NCBI GenBank assembly: GCA_002269645.1
Contig: NIVC01001497.1
Coordinates: 1-64,000, forward strand
Reading direction: 5' to 3'
Length of the DNA: 64,000 bases
Source of the DNA: Macrostomum lignano
Taxonomy: Eukaryota
This document shows positions 12,593 through 25,200 of this stretch, piece after piece; position 1 is the first letter of the stretch; every line of letters begins with the position of its first letter. The notes below the pieces were generated by a model. The model ran no database searches. It saw only the letters and a program-made list of their open reading frames with translations, and was not told where the DNA came from. The translations under genes and the position numbers were made by a program.

Positions 12593-13900
12593 GTTAGCCC
12601 ACTCTACTACAATATGAATGCAACCTACTGGGGTTGCGTCAGAGTTTCGCAGACCAAACTACCAGTACGCCAGTGATACATGTATAAGAGCGTAAATACC
12701 ATAGAGTCATTCAACTCGTTTAGGCAAAGTTACCAAAATTAAAAGAAAAACATTCACGCTCTTTAATTGGTCGTTCTTCTTATATTTGAAACGTCACAGA
12801 TTCGTCGCAGTGATAAAAGAGAGAAGTTATACTATTAAAAGACGACAGTATGGTCGAATGTAATAAAAAAGGCCGTGACTAGAAAGTAGAGTGAATCGTT
12901 GAATTTAAAAGACAACCAGGACAATAAAAAGTTTCTATTAAAAATTATCATTAGAAGTAACTAAAGGTGAAGTAGGCAATGTTGATAAAAACGTGGAGTA
13001 ACTTATTGGCAAGCGTTTTGAATTGTCAGAGAATAAAATCAGGGAACAAATAAACAACTTCAAGTTAAACTTCTTTAGGTTGCTCTTATTGCAAAAAACA
13101 CAAACCAAGAAAACAAAGAATATTTTGATTAGAATATCATAGATTTTGTATCATTACAGGTGAAGAGATTCAGACCTCAAACTCATCCAGAAGGTATTAA
13201 GAAGCTCACACAGAAATATGTTGTAACTCTGGCTTGAAAAATTCCAACATGCCAAATAGGTACGGCAAAGGCAGGTAGATTCCCCCCAATTCCGCCACCA
13301 ACTAACTCGCTTTCCGCATCGCTGGCTGCGGAAGAGTGAGCACCATGAGCTTTGACTCCCTTGCCTCTAGAAAAGCACGCTAAAGCACTCCTCCACTGTA
13401 CACTGCTGTGGGATGCTATTTTTAGCTTCGCATTTTCGATTGACCCAATGGACAGCTTGGCTGCTGCTGCCGCTGCTGCCGCCGTGGCTGCTTCTCCCAG
13501 TTTATAGCCAGAGAAAAACGAGTTGAACATAGAAATGAACAGTGCAGTAGAATGTAGTTTGTCTCTTTCTTGTCTGCCGTACCCTCCTCTCTCAACTGCC
13601 CCCGCCCAACCTCCTCCAGGCTTCCTCTCTCTGTCTCTCTCTCACTCACTCACGTGATGCCGACTGCAGAAGCCGAGAGCGGGGTAGCTTGAGTGCAGTA
13701 CAATGCACCCTCGGCCTTACATGCCAGAGGCTATTTGCGCTAATTTCCAGCAATACCGACAGCAGCAGCGTACAATCAAATACAGAGTTTGAAAATTATT
13801 ATTCAAGGGCACACGGCACAGACGGATTGAGTGAGAGAAAAAGAGAGGAGAGAGAGAGATAGAAGTAGTAAGGGGGTTTACCGCTCAAGCGCGCACAATG

Positions 13901-16900
13901 TCAGCCGGGTGTGTGATAAGCCTCGAACCACAGGCTGCCTGATCGTTGCAGAGACCTAATAATGTCCCGCATCGCGGTTGCCAGCGGCTTCTCCGTGTAC
14001 GCCAAGCTGTACTTGGAGCACAGCGACTTCACGTACGGCTGTGCCAGCGAGAACGAGTGCCGGGGCATTGTTGGAAACAGGCTGGAAAAGAGAGAGAGGA
14101 GGCATGGATTGAGAGAGTGCGGCAGCGGAGATGCACGGGTTAGACAGGGAGGGCCCCAAGTCGGAAATATGACGCGGCAACAGAGAAAAATGGTTTCTCT
14201 GCGGCTACGATGCGTGACATTTTTAGCTCATATCGTATCTAGCTTAGATAGAAGGCGCAAAAGTTTTGCCAAGCCAGCAAGCAGTACCTACTCCCCTCCC
14301 CGTGTAGACCAGAGCGATGGCCAGTGCAGCGGGGGAGCGAATTCCCTCCGAGGGAGGGGAAATTTGGACGGATTTCCCTGCCCCTGTTAAGGTCAGCCGG
14401 ATGGGACGGACCCGGCCAGGCGGATTTCTGTCTAAAAAATTATCCCTATTCTAGGCTCGCACAGTGCAAGCCCTATATGGTATAGGCGCTTTCCTAGGGT
14501 TTCCTAGTGGTGTCGTATTTCTGCATTGCTAAATCGCGATATTCAGATACATACTCAGCAACATTGAAACGTCGCCGCTCTTTGCCCCAGTGAGCAGTGT
14601 CTTTCGACCAGCGTCTATCACCTGGCCAACCATTTTGATATAAAAAAATGCTTGGAGAAACAAGCTCTGCGTCGCGTAGCGCAACTTGCGTCACTCAAAA
14701 GTCAATACTGAGCTGGAATTTACTGCGCACTACCAAAGGTGGCGACTTTTTAATTTTGTTGAGTATACTGTTGAGTAAATTGAAATTTATGGCCCTGTCT
14801 AGTTCCCAAAATGGCACTGCTCAGAGCTCATATGGCCCTGTCTAGTTCCCAAAATGGCACTGCTCAGAGCTCATATGGCCCTGTCTAGTTCCCAAAATAG
14901 CACTGCTCAGAGCTCATATGGCGCTGTCTAGTTCCCAAAATGGCACTGCTCAGAGCTCATATGGCGCTGTCTAGTTCCCAAAATGGCACTGCTCAGAGCT
15001 CATATGGCCCTGTCTAGTTCCCAAAATTGCACTGCTCAGAGCTCATATGGCCCTGTCTAGTTCCCAAAACAGCTCAAGCACTTCTCACAAACAAGAACGG
15101 GGCTTCCAACAGGCGAATTTGAAAGATCTCAAGGCATAGAAAAAAGTGGTAGCAAAATACGCCACCGCTCACTGGTGCTCAATCTGATAGTTGAGATGAC
15201 CGGTGAACCAATCGTTGAACCAGCCAGGCTCCGCGTTCAAAGTTGACCGCAACTGCTGGGTGAACCAGTCCCTGCGCTGATCGTGGTCAATGTCCATCGG
15301 CAGGTGGCTCATCTGGGTGCAGGCCACAAACCAGTGTGATTCCAGGTACCTGAGTCGGATGGGGCAATCTGAGCTTAGATTGGCTTATATTAATCCTAAA
15401 TCTCAAAATGATTGCTGCGATTCGTAAGGCTTACTGTGAAATTATACACACTCCAGAATCTGACGCTAGATTAGAGAATATTCGCGCTACTCTACTACTG
15501 TCAGCAGCACAAGAGTTTGCAGCAATTTAAAAAATATATTTTCCTAGAATGTTTACTTCACTGAAAACCTTGAACTTGAAAAGGTTATTAGGGGGAGGGC
15601 AGCTCAAAGGTAAACGCGTCCAACTCCCATGGCACGACCCCTGGTTCGATTCTCCAGATCGGGAGGCAAAAGCAGACCACCCACAACGCGACGCTCACCT
15701 GATTAGCATATAGAATCCAAAAGTGATCCACCAACTTGAGAAGAAGTGATTAAACAGGTACAGAAATTTGACAAAGAACGACAAAGACCAGATCAAATCG
15801 CGCCAATCTCGCCGTTTCAGCACGAAGTACAAATTCTCGTAGTGAAAGTACACCGGCAGCAGCATAGGCGGCCCCAGCAACCAGAAATAGCCGTGCTGCC
15901 AGTTGTACGGCATAAAGCCGCGGCGTTTCCGGCCCCATTCAACCGGAAGCTTGTCTCCGAGCAGGAAAATGTAGGGCAAACTGATGTCCGGATCCGTGCC
16001 GGCCACGTTTGGCTTCGAGTGATGGAGAAAATGCCTGCGGGGAATCACGGGAGCACGGGTGGGAGAGACACAAGGACTGGGAGACACAAGGACTGGGAGA
16101 CACAAGGACTGGGGGACACAAGGACTGGGAGACACAAGAACTGGGAGAGACACAAGGACTGGGAGACACAAGAACTGGGAGAGACACAAGGACTGGGAGA
16201 GACACAAGGACTGGGAGAGACACAAGGACTGGGAGACACAAGGACTGGGAGACACAAGAACTGGGAGAGACACAAGGACTGGGAGAGACACAAGGACTGG
16301 GGGACACAAGGACTGGGAGAGACACAAGGACTGGGAGAGACACAAGGACTGGGGGACACAAGGACTGGGAGACACAAGAACTGGGAGAGACACAATAACT
16401 GGGAGACACAAGAACTGCGAGAGACACAACACACAAGGACTGGGATACACAAGGACTAGGAGAATGACAAGGACTCAGAAGGACACGAGAGCTGAATATG
16501 ATGTAAGACACAAGGATAGAAATGGTGGCAGAGCCAATAGATGCTTACCGGAAGTTCCACCAGTGCGAGCTGGCACCCTTCAGGTGGCCTACAATGAACT
16601 CGTGCGCAACGTGGTTGAGGCGGCGGCTGTTAAACACGCACAGGTGGCCATAATCGTGCTGAGCCCAGCCCACCTGGGCCTGCGAGACGCACATGAGGGC
16701 AGCTGCGAGCAGAAAGCTCACAGGATTGACTCCGCAGAACCACAGGGTGAGCAGGGCGGACAGCTCGAGCAAGTAGCACTGGGCCAGGTACTTGAAGAAG
16801 AAAAATGGATCGGCCCGAAACCAACCGGAATCCTCTGCAAACTGGCGCAGTTTGCGAAAGTCCCTCACGATCGGCGGCTGCGGGGCGGCATGGTTTTGAT

Positions 16901-17985
16901 GAGACTAACCGGTTAGAATGCTGTGGAGACTGACTAGATCCACCCCTATGTACAGTGTTGGAGGATGGACCCGCCACTGTGTACAGAGATGGAGGCTTAA
17001 ACGCCCCTGTGCATCATGATGGAGCCTGAAACTCCTCTGTGCACCATGATTGAGGCTAGATCCGCCTCTGTCCACCATGATAAATTTATTAAAAATTAAA
17101 TGTATGGATAACAATTAAAGGCAAACTAATAGTTGAACTTACAATATTTTCTTCATAGTCTTCAACAAATCCACATAGCAATGGTTTCATATATTTTTCA
17201 ACAATCAACTTGTCATTGTGCATTGCTGTCCACACATCCTGAAAATGCAAAAAAGAGAAATTTGAAATTTACAAGCTTGTATCAATATGTACATAAACAA
17301 GATAATAGCATTGCATAAAATATATCATGTATTTTTGTTTGTGACAATAATTGACTTTTAAAAAGGTTTAATTAATAGAGTTAAAATTAAATGTCTTCTG
17401 CAACAGATTTTACGTCTGCTAATTAATGTTGTTTTAACGACTTACTCAAGTTATTTGTTGTTTTACATTATTTATATATTTGATATATCTCAAATGAAAA
17501 TAACAGATGTTATTTTGTCTTTGTCTTTGAAATAATCAAAATTATTGATTGATTTTTTGGTTGACAGGTTTAATCTTTGGCTTGTGAATAATCTTAGCTT
17601 AATTTATCCAGTAATTATTGATTACAAATTAAACTGACTAGATTATTAAAATTCCTAGGAATAAAAATAATAGTATATTAAGGAGAAGAACTTGCAAAGA
17701 GTAAAATGCAACGAATGTGGGGCCTAGCTATCAATATTTCATTTATCAATTACTGTGTAGGAAGTTTTATTCTAATAATTTTTTACTTCTTTCTCTTACC
17801 GTTGCATCTTCACCAGAATATGATGCAATCACTTTTGCACCACCTGGATGCCTGTGAATGAACTCTGTAACATCGTACACTTTTCCATGGATAACAATTA
17901 GCTTTCTTTTTGAAGTTCGTCGTCTGTACTCTTGAAGTGATTCCATTGTAAAAGACGCCATTCGGTTATTATTCTCTGAACCCAT
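13901..17985 (-). CDS. fads2: Front-end fatty acyl desaturase (FADS1/FADS2-like, cytochrome b5 fusion), 6 exons, 443 aa
   Basis: Exons 17985-17800, 17238-17143, 16904-16549, 16034-15699, 15349-15173, 14081-13901 sum to 1332 nt with all GT/AG junctions in phase. Heme motif HPGG plus DVWTAMH; histidine boxes HDYGH, HWWNFRHFLHH and QIEHH; C-terminus [18 protein letters not shown]. Delta-5 versus delta-6 specificity cannot be read from sequence. Confidence 0.93.
14551..14767. mobile_element. MITE copy A (family shared with 31303-31579)
   Basis: Ends atactcagcaacattgaaacgtcgcc ... ggcgactttttaattttgttgagtata are inverted. Internal blocks (gctctttgc.ccagtgagc; cgtagc..a.ttgcgtcactc; gcact..caaa.gtggcgac) match copy B. 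Confidence 0.65.
14789..15070. repeat. 43-bp minisatellite in desaturase intron 5
   Basis: Unit atggccctgtctagttcccaaaatggcactgctcagagctcat, about 6.5 copies. Confidence 0.95.
15591..15670 (+). mobile_element. tRNA-derived SINE-like head in desaturase intron 4
   Basis: A-box-like gcagctcaaaggtaaacgcg and B-box ggttcgattc (15643-15652) at tRNA spacing; no complete cloverleaf. Confidence 0.45.
16055..16445. repeat. 16/18-bp minisatellite in desaturase intron 3
   Basis: Units actggga(ga)gacacaagg; this array produces the spurious repeat ORFs. Confidence 0.95.
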
Positions 17986-19744
17986 GTTCAAACATAAAAC
18001 TGACATAGGCCTAAGCTCAGACTTCAGGATAATTTACTAGCCTGACTGGCAGGAGTGTTCTAATCAAGCCAACCGACTACAATTTAAGTTAACGATTTAC
18101 CTTGACAACCGAAAAAGTCAAATTATCGTAAGTACCCGGACAAACAAATTCACCATAGCCAATGCGCTACAGTACTTCAAATGACTATATACTTACATAT
18201 ACTTACATCAATTAACACTACAATACCAATACCAATACCTGGATTCGAAACTAACAGCCTCATCCTTATCTTAGCTCCAACTTTCATTTTCATATTGTTT
18301 TCACTTTATTTCATAAGCATTTTTCACTTTACTTAAGCAATATGAAAATGAAAACTTCATTACACAGCTATATGAAAATATAATAGAGTAACATGTTGTG
18401 CATGTTAAATTAAAAGAATGTAGTCTTCACTGCCCCAGATCAAATACAATCACTGATTTTGTGACGAAAAACTGATTTTTTCCTATGTTCGCAGTGTATT
18501 TTTTCCAGGAAATCGTGGCCTCCAAAAAATTGCACGATCTTTGAGTTTTACGTCCTTTTAGTCTAGAAGTCTTTGCATTTCACTATTCAGCGAGATCATT
18601 GTGTTATTTTTATGTTCTCGAGAAAAATAGACGTTGAAAATTAAATGCATGGTTACATAAAATGTTCACACATTGTGATAAGGATATCACATTACAGTGT
18701 CCATCGTACAAAACATTTCTCTGTACTGTACTGTGTACTTGTACAAATGCGACTAGGAGATTTTAATAATATTAGTTCTTAGTTATTAATTTACTACGAG
18801 TATGACTAATTATTTTTAATTAAAGACAGTTATACTGGAAACGCCCGCACAATTGTCGCCACTCACGCCAACACCAATGCGGGCCGCGTCTGAGGGAGGC
18901 CCGCGAGTTTAAAATTCCTGCTTTTTTAATATACCCCCTCCTCCAAATCTTAGGATAAGTCTGAGTATTAGTCGATCATTATCGGCCTTTTTCTGTTTAT
19001 TTTATAATTTTATAATAATTTTAATTAATTCCTTTTAGCTGCGTCAACTTTAGTGTTACGCATTGGATGCTTCTGTTTGTTGCCAGCCCTTGCTTGATTG
19101 CGTGATCTTTTTTCATTATTATTAGTCCTATAATTAGAGCATAAATTATTATTTGATTGATTGACTGGCCGCCACATATACACCCGAATGGTTTATTCTG
19201 GGATTGGGAATTTCCAAGTTGCATCGCACGATAATTTCGCCTAGGGAGGGAGAGGGAGAGGGACAAATGGACAGATACGAGCGTAGATGGAAAATGATGG
19301 GTGCAGAGTGAAAGTCAGCTTCGAACTGCATAAGCTGCTCAATTTTATAGTCTTGGGAGTGTGATCCGAGCAATATAGACTGCTCTAGATACCCCCCCCC
19401 CCCGGGGGAGTGGAAGACAATTTAGGAAAATTAATTAAACCAGGACGCTCTGCCGGCTTTGCTAGTCACGTGCCCTGCGGCCCACTGCAGCAGCCTGGGG
19501 GCTGCAGCAAACTGCAGGGGAGCGAGCTGAGTCTCGGTGCTGTCAGTATGGAAACTATATACCAAAATAAGGTAGAATTTGCTAATTAAATTGTCCAGAT
19601 TAGCGGATTTGAGGAAGTTAACTGATAAATTGTTGGCTTTCCATGCCTTGCAGTACTGCACTTGTACGTCATGAGAGCTATCTCTTTGAAACTTCAAAAA
19701 TCATAACAAGATCGCTCTCTGTCCTCTCTGTCCACTTCATGTCC

Positions 19745-20230
19745 TCTATTTGTCCGTTCCCTGTGCTTTCTTTGTCGGTTCCTTGTGCTCTCTTTGTCGG
19801 TTCCCTGTGCTCTCTTTGTCGGTTCCCTGTCCTCTCTTTGTCGGTTCCCTGTCCTCTCTTTGTCGGTTCCCTGTCCTCTCTTTGTCGGTTCCCTGTCCTC
19901 TCTTTGTCAGTTCCCTGTCCTCTCTTTGTCGGTTCCCTGTCCTCTCTTTGTCGGTTCCTTGTGCTCTCTTTGTCGGTTCCCTGTCCTCTCTTTGTCGGTT
20001 CCCTGTCCTCTCTTTGTCGGTTCCCTGTCCTCTCTTTGTCGGTTCCCTGTCCTCTCTCTGTCTACTCCCTGTCCTCTCTTTGTCGGTTCCCTGTCCTCTC
20101 TTTGTCGGTTCCCTGTCCTCTCTTTGTCGGTTCCCTGTCCTCTCTCTGTCTACTCCCTGTCCTCTCTTTTTCCGCTCCATGTCCTCTTCTTTTTCCGCTC
20201 CCTGTCCTCTTCTTTTTCCGCTCCCTGGCC
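19745..20230. repeat. 22-bp minisatellite
   Basis: Unit ttgtcggttccctgtcctctct, about 20 copies. Confidence 0.95.
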
Positions 20231-21184
20231 TCTCTTTTTCCGTTTCCGTTTTTTCCGGGAGAGAGAAAGAGAGAGAGAAAGAGAAAGTTTATAGATAACT
20301 AGGAGGAGATACGCGTTAAACCCGGCCGGCCCACTCAGCTTTAGATATAAGAAAGATAATTCGTTCGAAAAAGCATTAGCCTTTGATGTAGCTTTTACAT
20401 CGGAAGTTACGCACTCGTATGTCGAGATATTCAACGATTCCAGCAGCGAGTTTGTCTTTGTCAGAAAACTAAACCCGGGAAAGTTGAGAAACGATGGCCT
20501 TCGTTAGCTTTGTTGAATAGGGGATCTTACTCGCTCTATGGCTCCCCATTCCGTGGTGGTTTGTACGAGCTACATCGTTTTTGTAGTTGTAATAAATATT
20601 TAACTGAATAAGTATGTAACATCTTAACTGTGGTGCCTTAGCTCGTAAGCCTTTCGAGCTGTTCTGATGGTCAAAGCTTCTAACAATCACAGCATTCTGA
20701 ATCCAACCCAGAACTTACTATTCTACCTTGGGTTATCGCGTCCGAGCCTAAACAAATATTACAAATTTGCACTCGATTTTCTGCCATACGAGCTAGATTT
20801 GCTAACACCATCCGCTTGTTGATTTAATAGGCTTTCTGGAAGATTAAAACAGATAACAAGGATTGAGAAAAAAATAGAAGAGCTAAAAGCATAAAATTAA
20901 AAAGACATGATTGCGCTGCAGGCCATAAAAGGCAAGAGCAGCGGAGATGCATTGGCGAAGTATAGGCTGCAAGCTAAACATTGGCCACGGCTCTTGGTGG
21001 GCCAATCGCTGATGGCGCTTAACCAGCGAGTCGCGCGCACACTATATTTGGTGCCTCAGCGGGCCGGGCCGCCTGTCTCGCTTCACCCGTCAACAGCCGC
21101 CTCCGCTAGCCGTCTTGACCTTTTCGCCGGACTCGCTTTCACTTCCTAGACAACCCCTGACTGACACCGGTTAAGCTCCAAAGT

Positions 21185-22640
21185 ATGCAGCCAGGTAGCA
21201 GCTACCGACTATCGCTGGTCCTGACAGTCCTGTTGCTGCTGACCGTCGCGGCCTCACCACTGTTCGACTACGAAGACCAGCCTCTCAGACAGAGCCTGGC
21301 AGAGGATTTCGATGAACAGCCGGATGTGGCAGCCGCGGCAGCTTTCAAGCGGCAGTTCCAGTTGGCGCTGAAGACGCCCAGGTTCAACTCCGCTAAGCAG
21401 CTGCACGCCTACATCAGGCAGCTCGAGGTCTACATGAAACTGCTCGGCCGTCAGAGGTTGTTTGCTTTCACTATTGTTTCCCACCTATTCATAATTGAGA
21501 GGTCTCAGAAAAATTTCAATGCCCTTGCCAAGTGGAATGACTCCATCGTCAATGACTGCTCCCGTGTGCTCAATCTAAAATTGAGAACGCCCGTGCTATT
21601 TATTGTATTACGAAACGCTATTGTATTATGGCCTTTTAATCGCTTTCACGTCAGTAAGCAAGGCAGCTCGATCCTAGCATTAAAAAATTAACTGCTCGCA
21701 TGCAAGCCTTTGAACGAGAAGACAAAGAGACCAATAATGCCACCCATCCACCCACCTGCATAATTCATTTGTGAAAAGCATTTCATTCATGCAGCTCGCG
21801 TCATCGCCCCCGAACCCAGAATTCAATTCCGCAACTCATATTTGCATATAGAAAGGCACCCTTCTCGAAGCAATTTTTAGATGAGAGCAAAATATTTTTG
21901 GTTTGAAGGTGCAGGATGGTCTTGTGACCTCGTGCGACCTGCTGCTACTAACCTTTGCAGTCCGAATCGCTGATTCCTGGTTGCACGCAGCCACTCCTGC
22001 ATCATCCTGTCTCTAAGCCAGCAGCTGAATCCGCTGATTCCTGGTTGCACGCAGCCACCCCTGCATCATCCTGTCTCTAAGCCAGCAGTTGAATCCGCTG
22101 ATTCCTGGTTGCACGCAGCCACCCCTGCATCATCCTGTCTCTAAGCCAGCAGTTGAATCCGCTGATTCCTGGTTGCACGCAGCCACCCCTGCATCATCCT
22201 GTCTCTAAGCCAGCAGTTGAATCCGCTGATTCCATGCTTGCACGCAGCCACCCCTGCATCATCCTGTCTCTAAGACAGCAGCTGAATCCGCTGATTCCAT
22301 GGTTGCACGCAGCCACCCCTGCATCATCCAATGCTATCCTGTCCTGTCCTATCCTGTCTCTAAGCCAGCAGTTGAATCCGCTGATTCCTGGTTGCATGCA
22401 GCCACCCCTGCATCATCCTGTCTCTAAGCCAGCAGTTGAATCCGCTGATTCCTGGTTGCACGCAGCCACCCCTGCATCATCCTGTCTCTAAGCCAGCCCC
22501 CCTTTCTCCGTAGGTTCGGCAAGCGCTTCGCCGTCAAGAGCCGCAGAGTCGAAGAGAAGAAGCGATCTTCGTCAACCTCGAATTCCATTGATCGCCGGCT
22601 GAAGGGCATCGACGAAAAGCTCAGCCTACTGTTGAGCTGA
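21185..22640 (+). CDS. npf: Neuropeptide Y/F-family precursor, 2 exons, 132 aa
   Basis: Exons 21185-21456 and 22514-22640. Signal peptide (LSLVLTVLLLLTVAA), acidic propeptide ending in KR, then a 36-aa peptide QFQLALKTPRFNSAKQLHAYIRQLEVYMKLLGRQRF followed by GKR (amidation and cleavage). The intron splits the penultimate Arg codon (AG|G), the conserved NPY/NPF intron position. Confidence 0.9.
21955..22495. repeat. 64-bp minisatellite in the NPF intron
   Basis: Unit gaatccgctgattcctggttgcacgcagccacccctgcatcatcctgtctctaagccagcagtt; ends about 15 nt before the acceptor. Confidence 0.95.
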
Positions 22641-23053
22641 GCAGCGAGCGACAGGTGCTCACCTGCCGACTCCCTTATTTACGGTTCGTCCAAGCAACAC
22701 TGCACTGATTTACAGAACTGACATTTGCAGTTTATACCCAAGATACGAGGGTATAATTCGGAAATTTACATCCTACTTGGCTGTTGATTAATAGAGCAGC
22801 ACTTGAGCATTACCAGACTGCAGATCATTCCCGTTCCAGCTTTGTGATCACCCCTCAGACAAAAATCAAGTTTCGTGCTGCTGGGTAATAAATTAAACTC
22901 TATCAGCTAAATAAACCCAATGATCCACGAACGCACTGTCAAGTAAATCAAGGTGTGCACGTGACTCTTAAAGGTAGCACAATAGCAGATCAAAATAATC
23001 GTTTTACTACTTTGAATGCATTTATGCAACAGACGATTATAAGTAGTAGGCAT

Positions 23054-23345
23054 GAGGAAACCCACATGTAATTAGTTGCCTGCCTGTGACTGCTGTACAA
23101 GAGGAAACCCACATGTAATTAGTTGCCTGCCTGTGACTGCTGTACAAGAGGAAAGCTACATGCAGTTAGTGGTCTGCATGCGGCTGCTGTGAGGAAAGCT
23201 ACATGCAGTTAGTGGTCTGCATACGGCTGCCGTGAGGAAAGCTACATGCAGTTAGTGGTCTGCATACGGCTGCCGTGAGGAAAGCTACATGCAGTTAGTA
23301 ATCTGCATGCGGCTGCCGTGAGGAAAGCTACATGCAGTTAGTGAT
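23054..23345. repeat. Compound 47-bp and 43-bp tandem repeat
   Basis: Two copies of gaggaaacccacatgtaattagttgcc..., then about 4-5 copies of gaggaaagctacatgcagttagtggtctgcat(g/a)cggctgc(t/c)gt. Confidence 0.9.
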
Positions 23346-24444
23346 CTGCATTCGGTTGTCCAAGTCTCTTCAAGCTATCAAGTTTTTAATAGTCATTGGC
23401 GCAACACTCGCATTGATGACGTCAGAGGCAATGAGCAATTTCAAATGGAAGATAAGCAGTTTTTTATCCATTAACCCGCAACCCCACAAGCAGCAAAAGG
23501 AAGGCAAAGGCGGTGGGTCTGAGCAAATCTGAGCACTTGCACACAGACGGTCAAGCCAGAAAATACTGGGTTTAAGAACCCCCGTCACGCGGCGGAGGGA
23601 GGGGGCGGAGGAGAGGTGGGCGAAGGGGGTGGGTGGGGTTAACACACTTTACACTGAGGCCCACGAAGCAGGCCTAGTGTAAAGTAGACATTATTTGTTT
23701 CTCGAATGCATGCTTATAATCGCAGATACTCGTACGTTCGTAGTCCAACTGCAAGTTCAATGAAAACTGGTGCACTTGATTCGACTTTCAGTTTCCAGCA
23801 TCAAATGTACGCCATCAGCCAAGACAACCGTGGACCAATTAGAATGAACATTAGGCCAAAGAGTGCACTTGCTGCATGACTTAAAAATAGCGCTCAATAA
23901 ATTCTAATCAGTAAATTATTCTCCTATCAATCGCAGAAATTGAGTGGTTCTTCAGAGGCTAAGAGTGAGGCAGTGCAATTAGGAAATCATGCGATTGCGT
24001 GCATATGGGAATCTCTGCCAGCACTCTCTTCGTTGGCTAAGCTTTAGATCAGCTGGGTCAGAGTCAATCATTTTCACTTTTATCCACAAATTAGCTTTGG
24101 TACTAATCAGGTTTGTTTGTTGGTTTCTATGCAGCGTTACTGGACGAGGAGTCTGATTTAGCACTTGCACTTTTATGCGCTTCAGCTCTGAAAGAAAACA
24201 ATTGTTGACGGTGATTGCAGATTCATGGAGACTCTAGAACCCGGAGGCCAATCAAGTTGGCTAGCCACTCACCCCTAACCGAGTGTTGTGTTTCGTAGGT
24301 AAATGGACGCCACAGAAGAAAAATCAATCGCATTTCTTAGCTGAAGCTGCAGTCTAACTTTACTTGCTAAAGTGTCTGGGAAATTCATTGAATTATCTGT
24401 GATGCAGTGAATTGAGGAGCTACCTGAGCTGTTTTAGTTAGCAT

Positions 24445-25200
24445 GTTGACTCTGAGTTGGCTGAGTTGTCAGAGTTGTCGCACTTTGTCTCTGAGTTGAC
24501 CGAGTTGTCGCACTTTGTCTCTGAGTTGACTGAGTTGTCGCACTTTGTCTCTGAGTTGACTGAGTTGTCGCACTTTGTCTCTGAGTTGACCAAGTTGTCG
24601 CACTTTGTCTCTGAGTTGACTGAGTTGTCGCACTTTGTCTCTGAGTTGACCAAGTTGTCGCACTTTGTCTCTGAGTTGACTGAGTTGTCGCACTTTGTCT
24701 CTGAGTTGACCAAGTTGTCGCACTTTGTCTCTGAGTTGACTGAGTTGTCGCACTTTGTCTCTGAGTTGACTGAGTTGTCGCACTTTGTCTCTGAGTTGAC
24801 CGAGTTGTCGCACTTTGTCTCTGAGTTGACTGAGTTGTCGCACTTTGTCTCTGAGTTGACTGAGTTGTCGCACTTTGTCTCTGAGTTGACCAAGTTGTCG
24901 CACTTTGTCTCTGAGTTGACTGAGTTGTCGCACTTTGTCTCTGAGTTGACCAAGTTGTCGCACTTTGTCTCTGAGTTGACTGAGTTGTCGCACTTTGTCT
25001 CTGAGTTGACTGAGTTGTCGCACTTTGTCTCTGAGTTGACTGAGTTGTCGCACTTTGTCTCTGAGTTGACTGAGTTGTCGCACTTTGTCTCTGAGTTGAC
25101 TGAGTTGTCGCACTTTGTCTCTGAGTTGACCAAGTTGTCGCACTTTGTCTCTGAGTTGACCAAGTTGTCGCACTTTGTCTCTGAGTTGACCAAGTTGTCG
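24445..25200. repeat. 30-bp minisatellite (~25 copies)
   Basis: Unit ctgagttgac[cg/tg/ca]agttgtcgcactttgtct, near-perfect. Confidence 0.97.
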
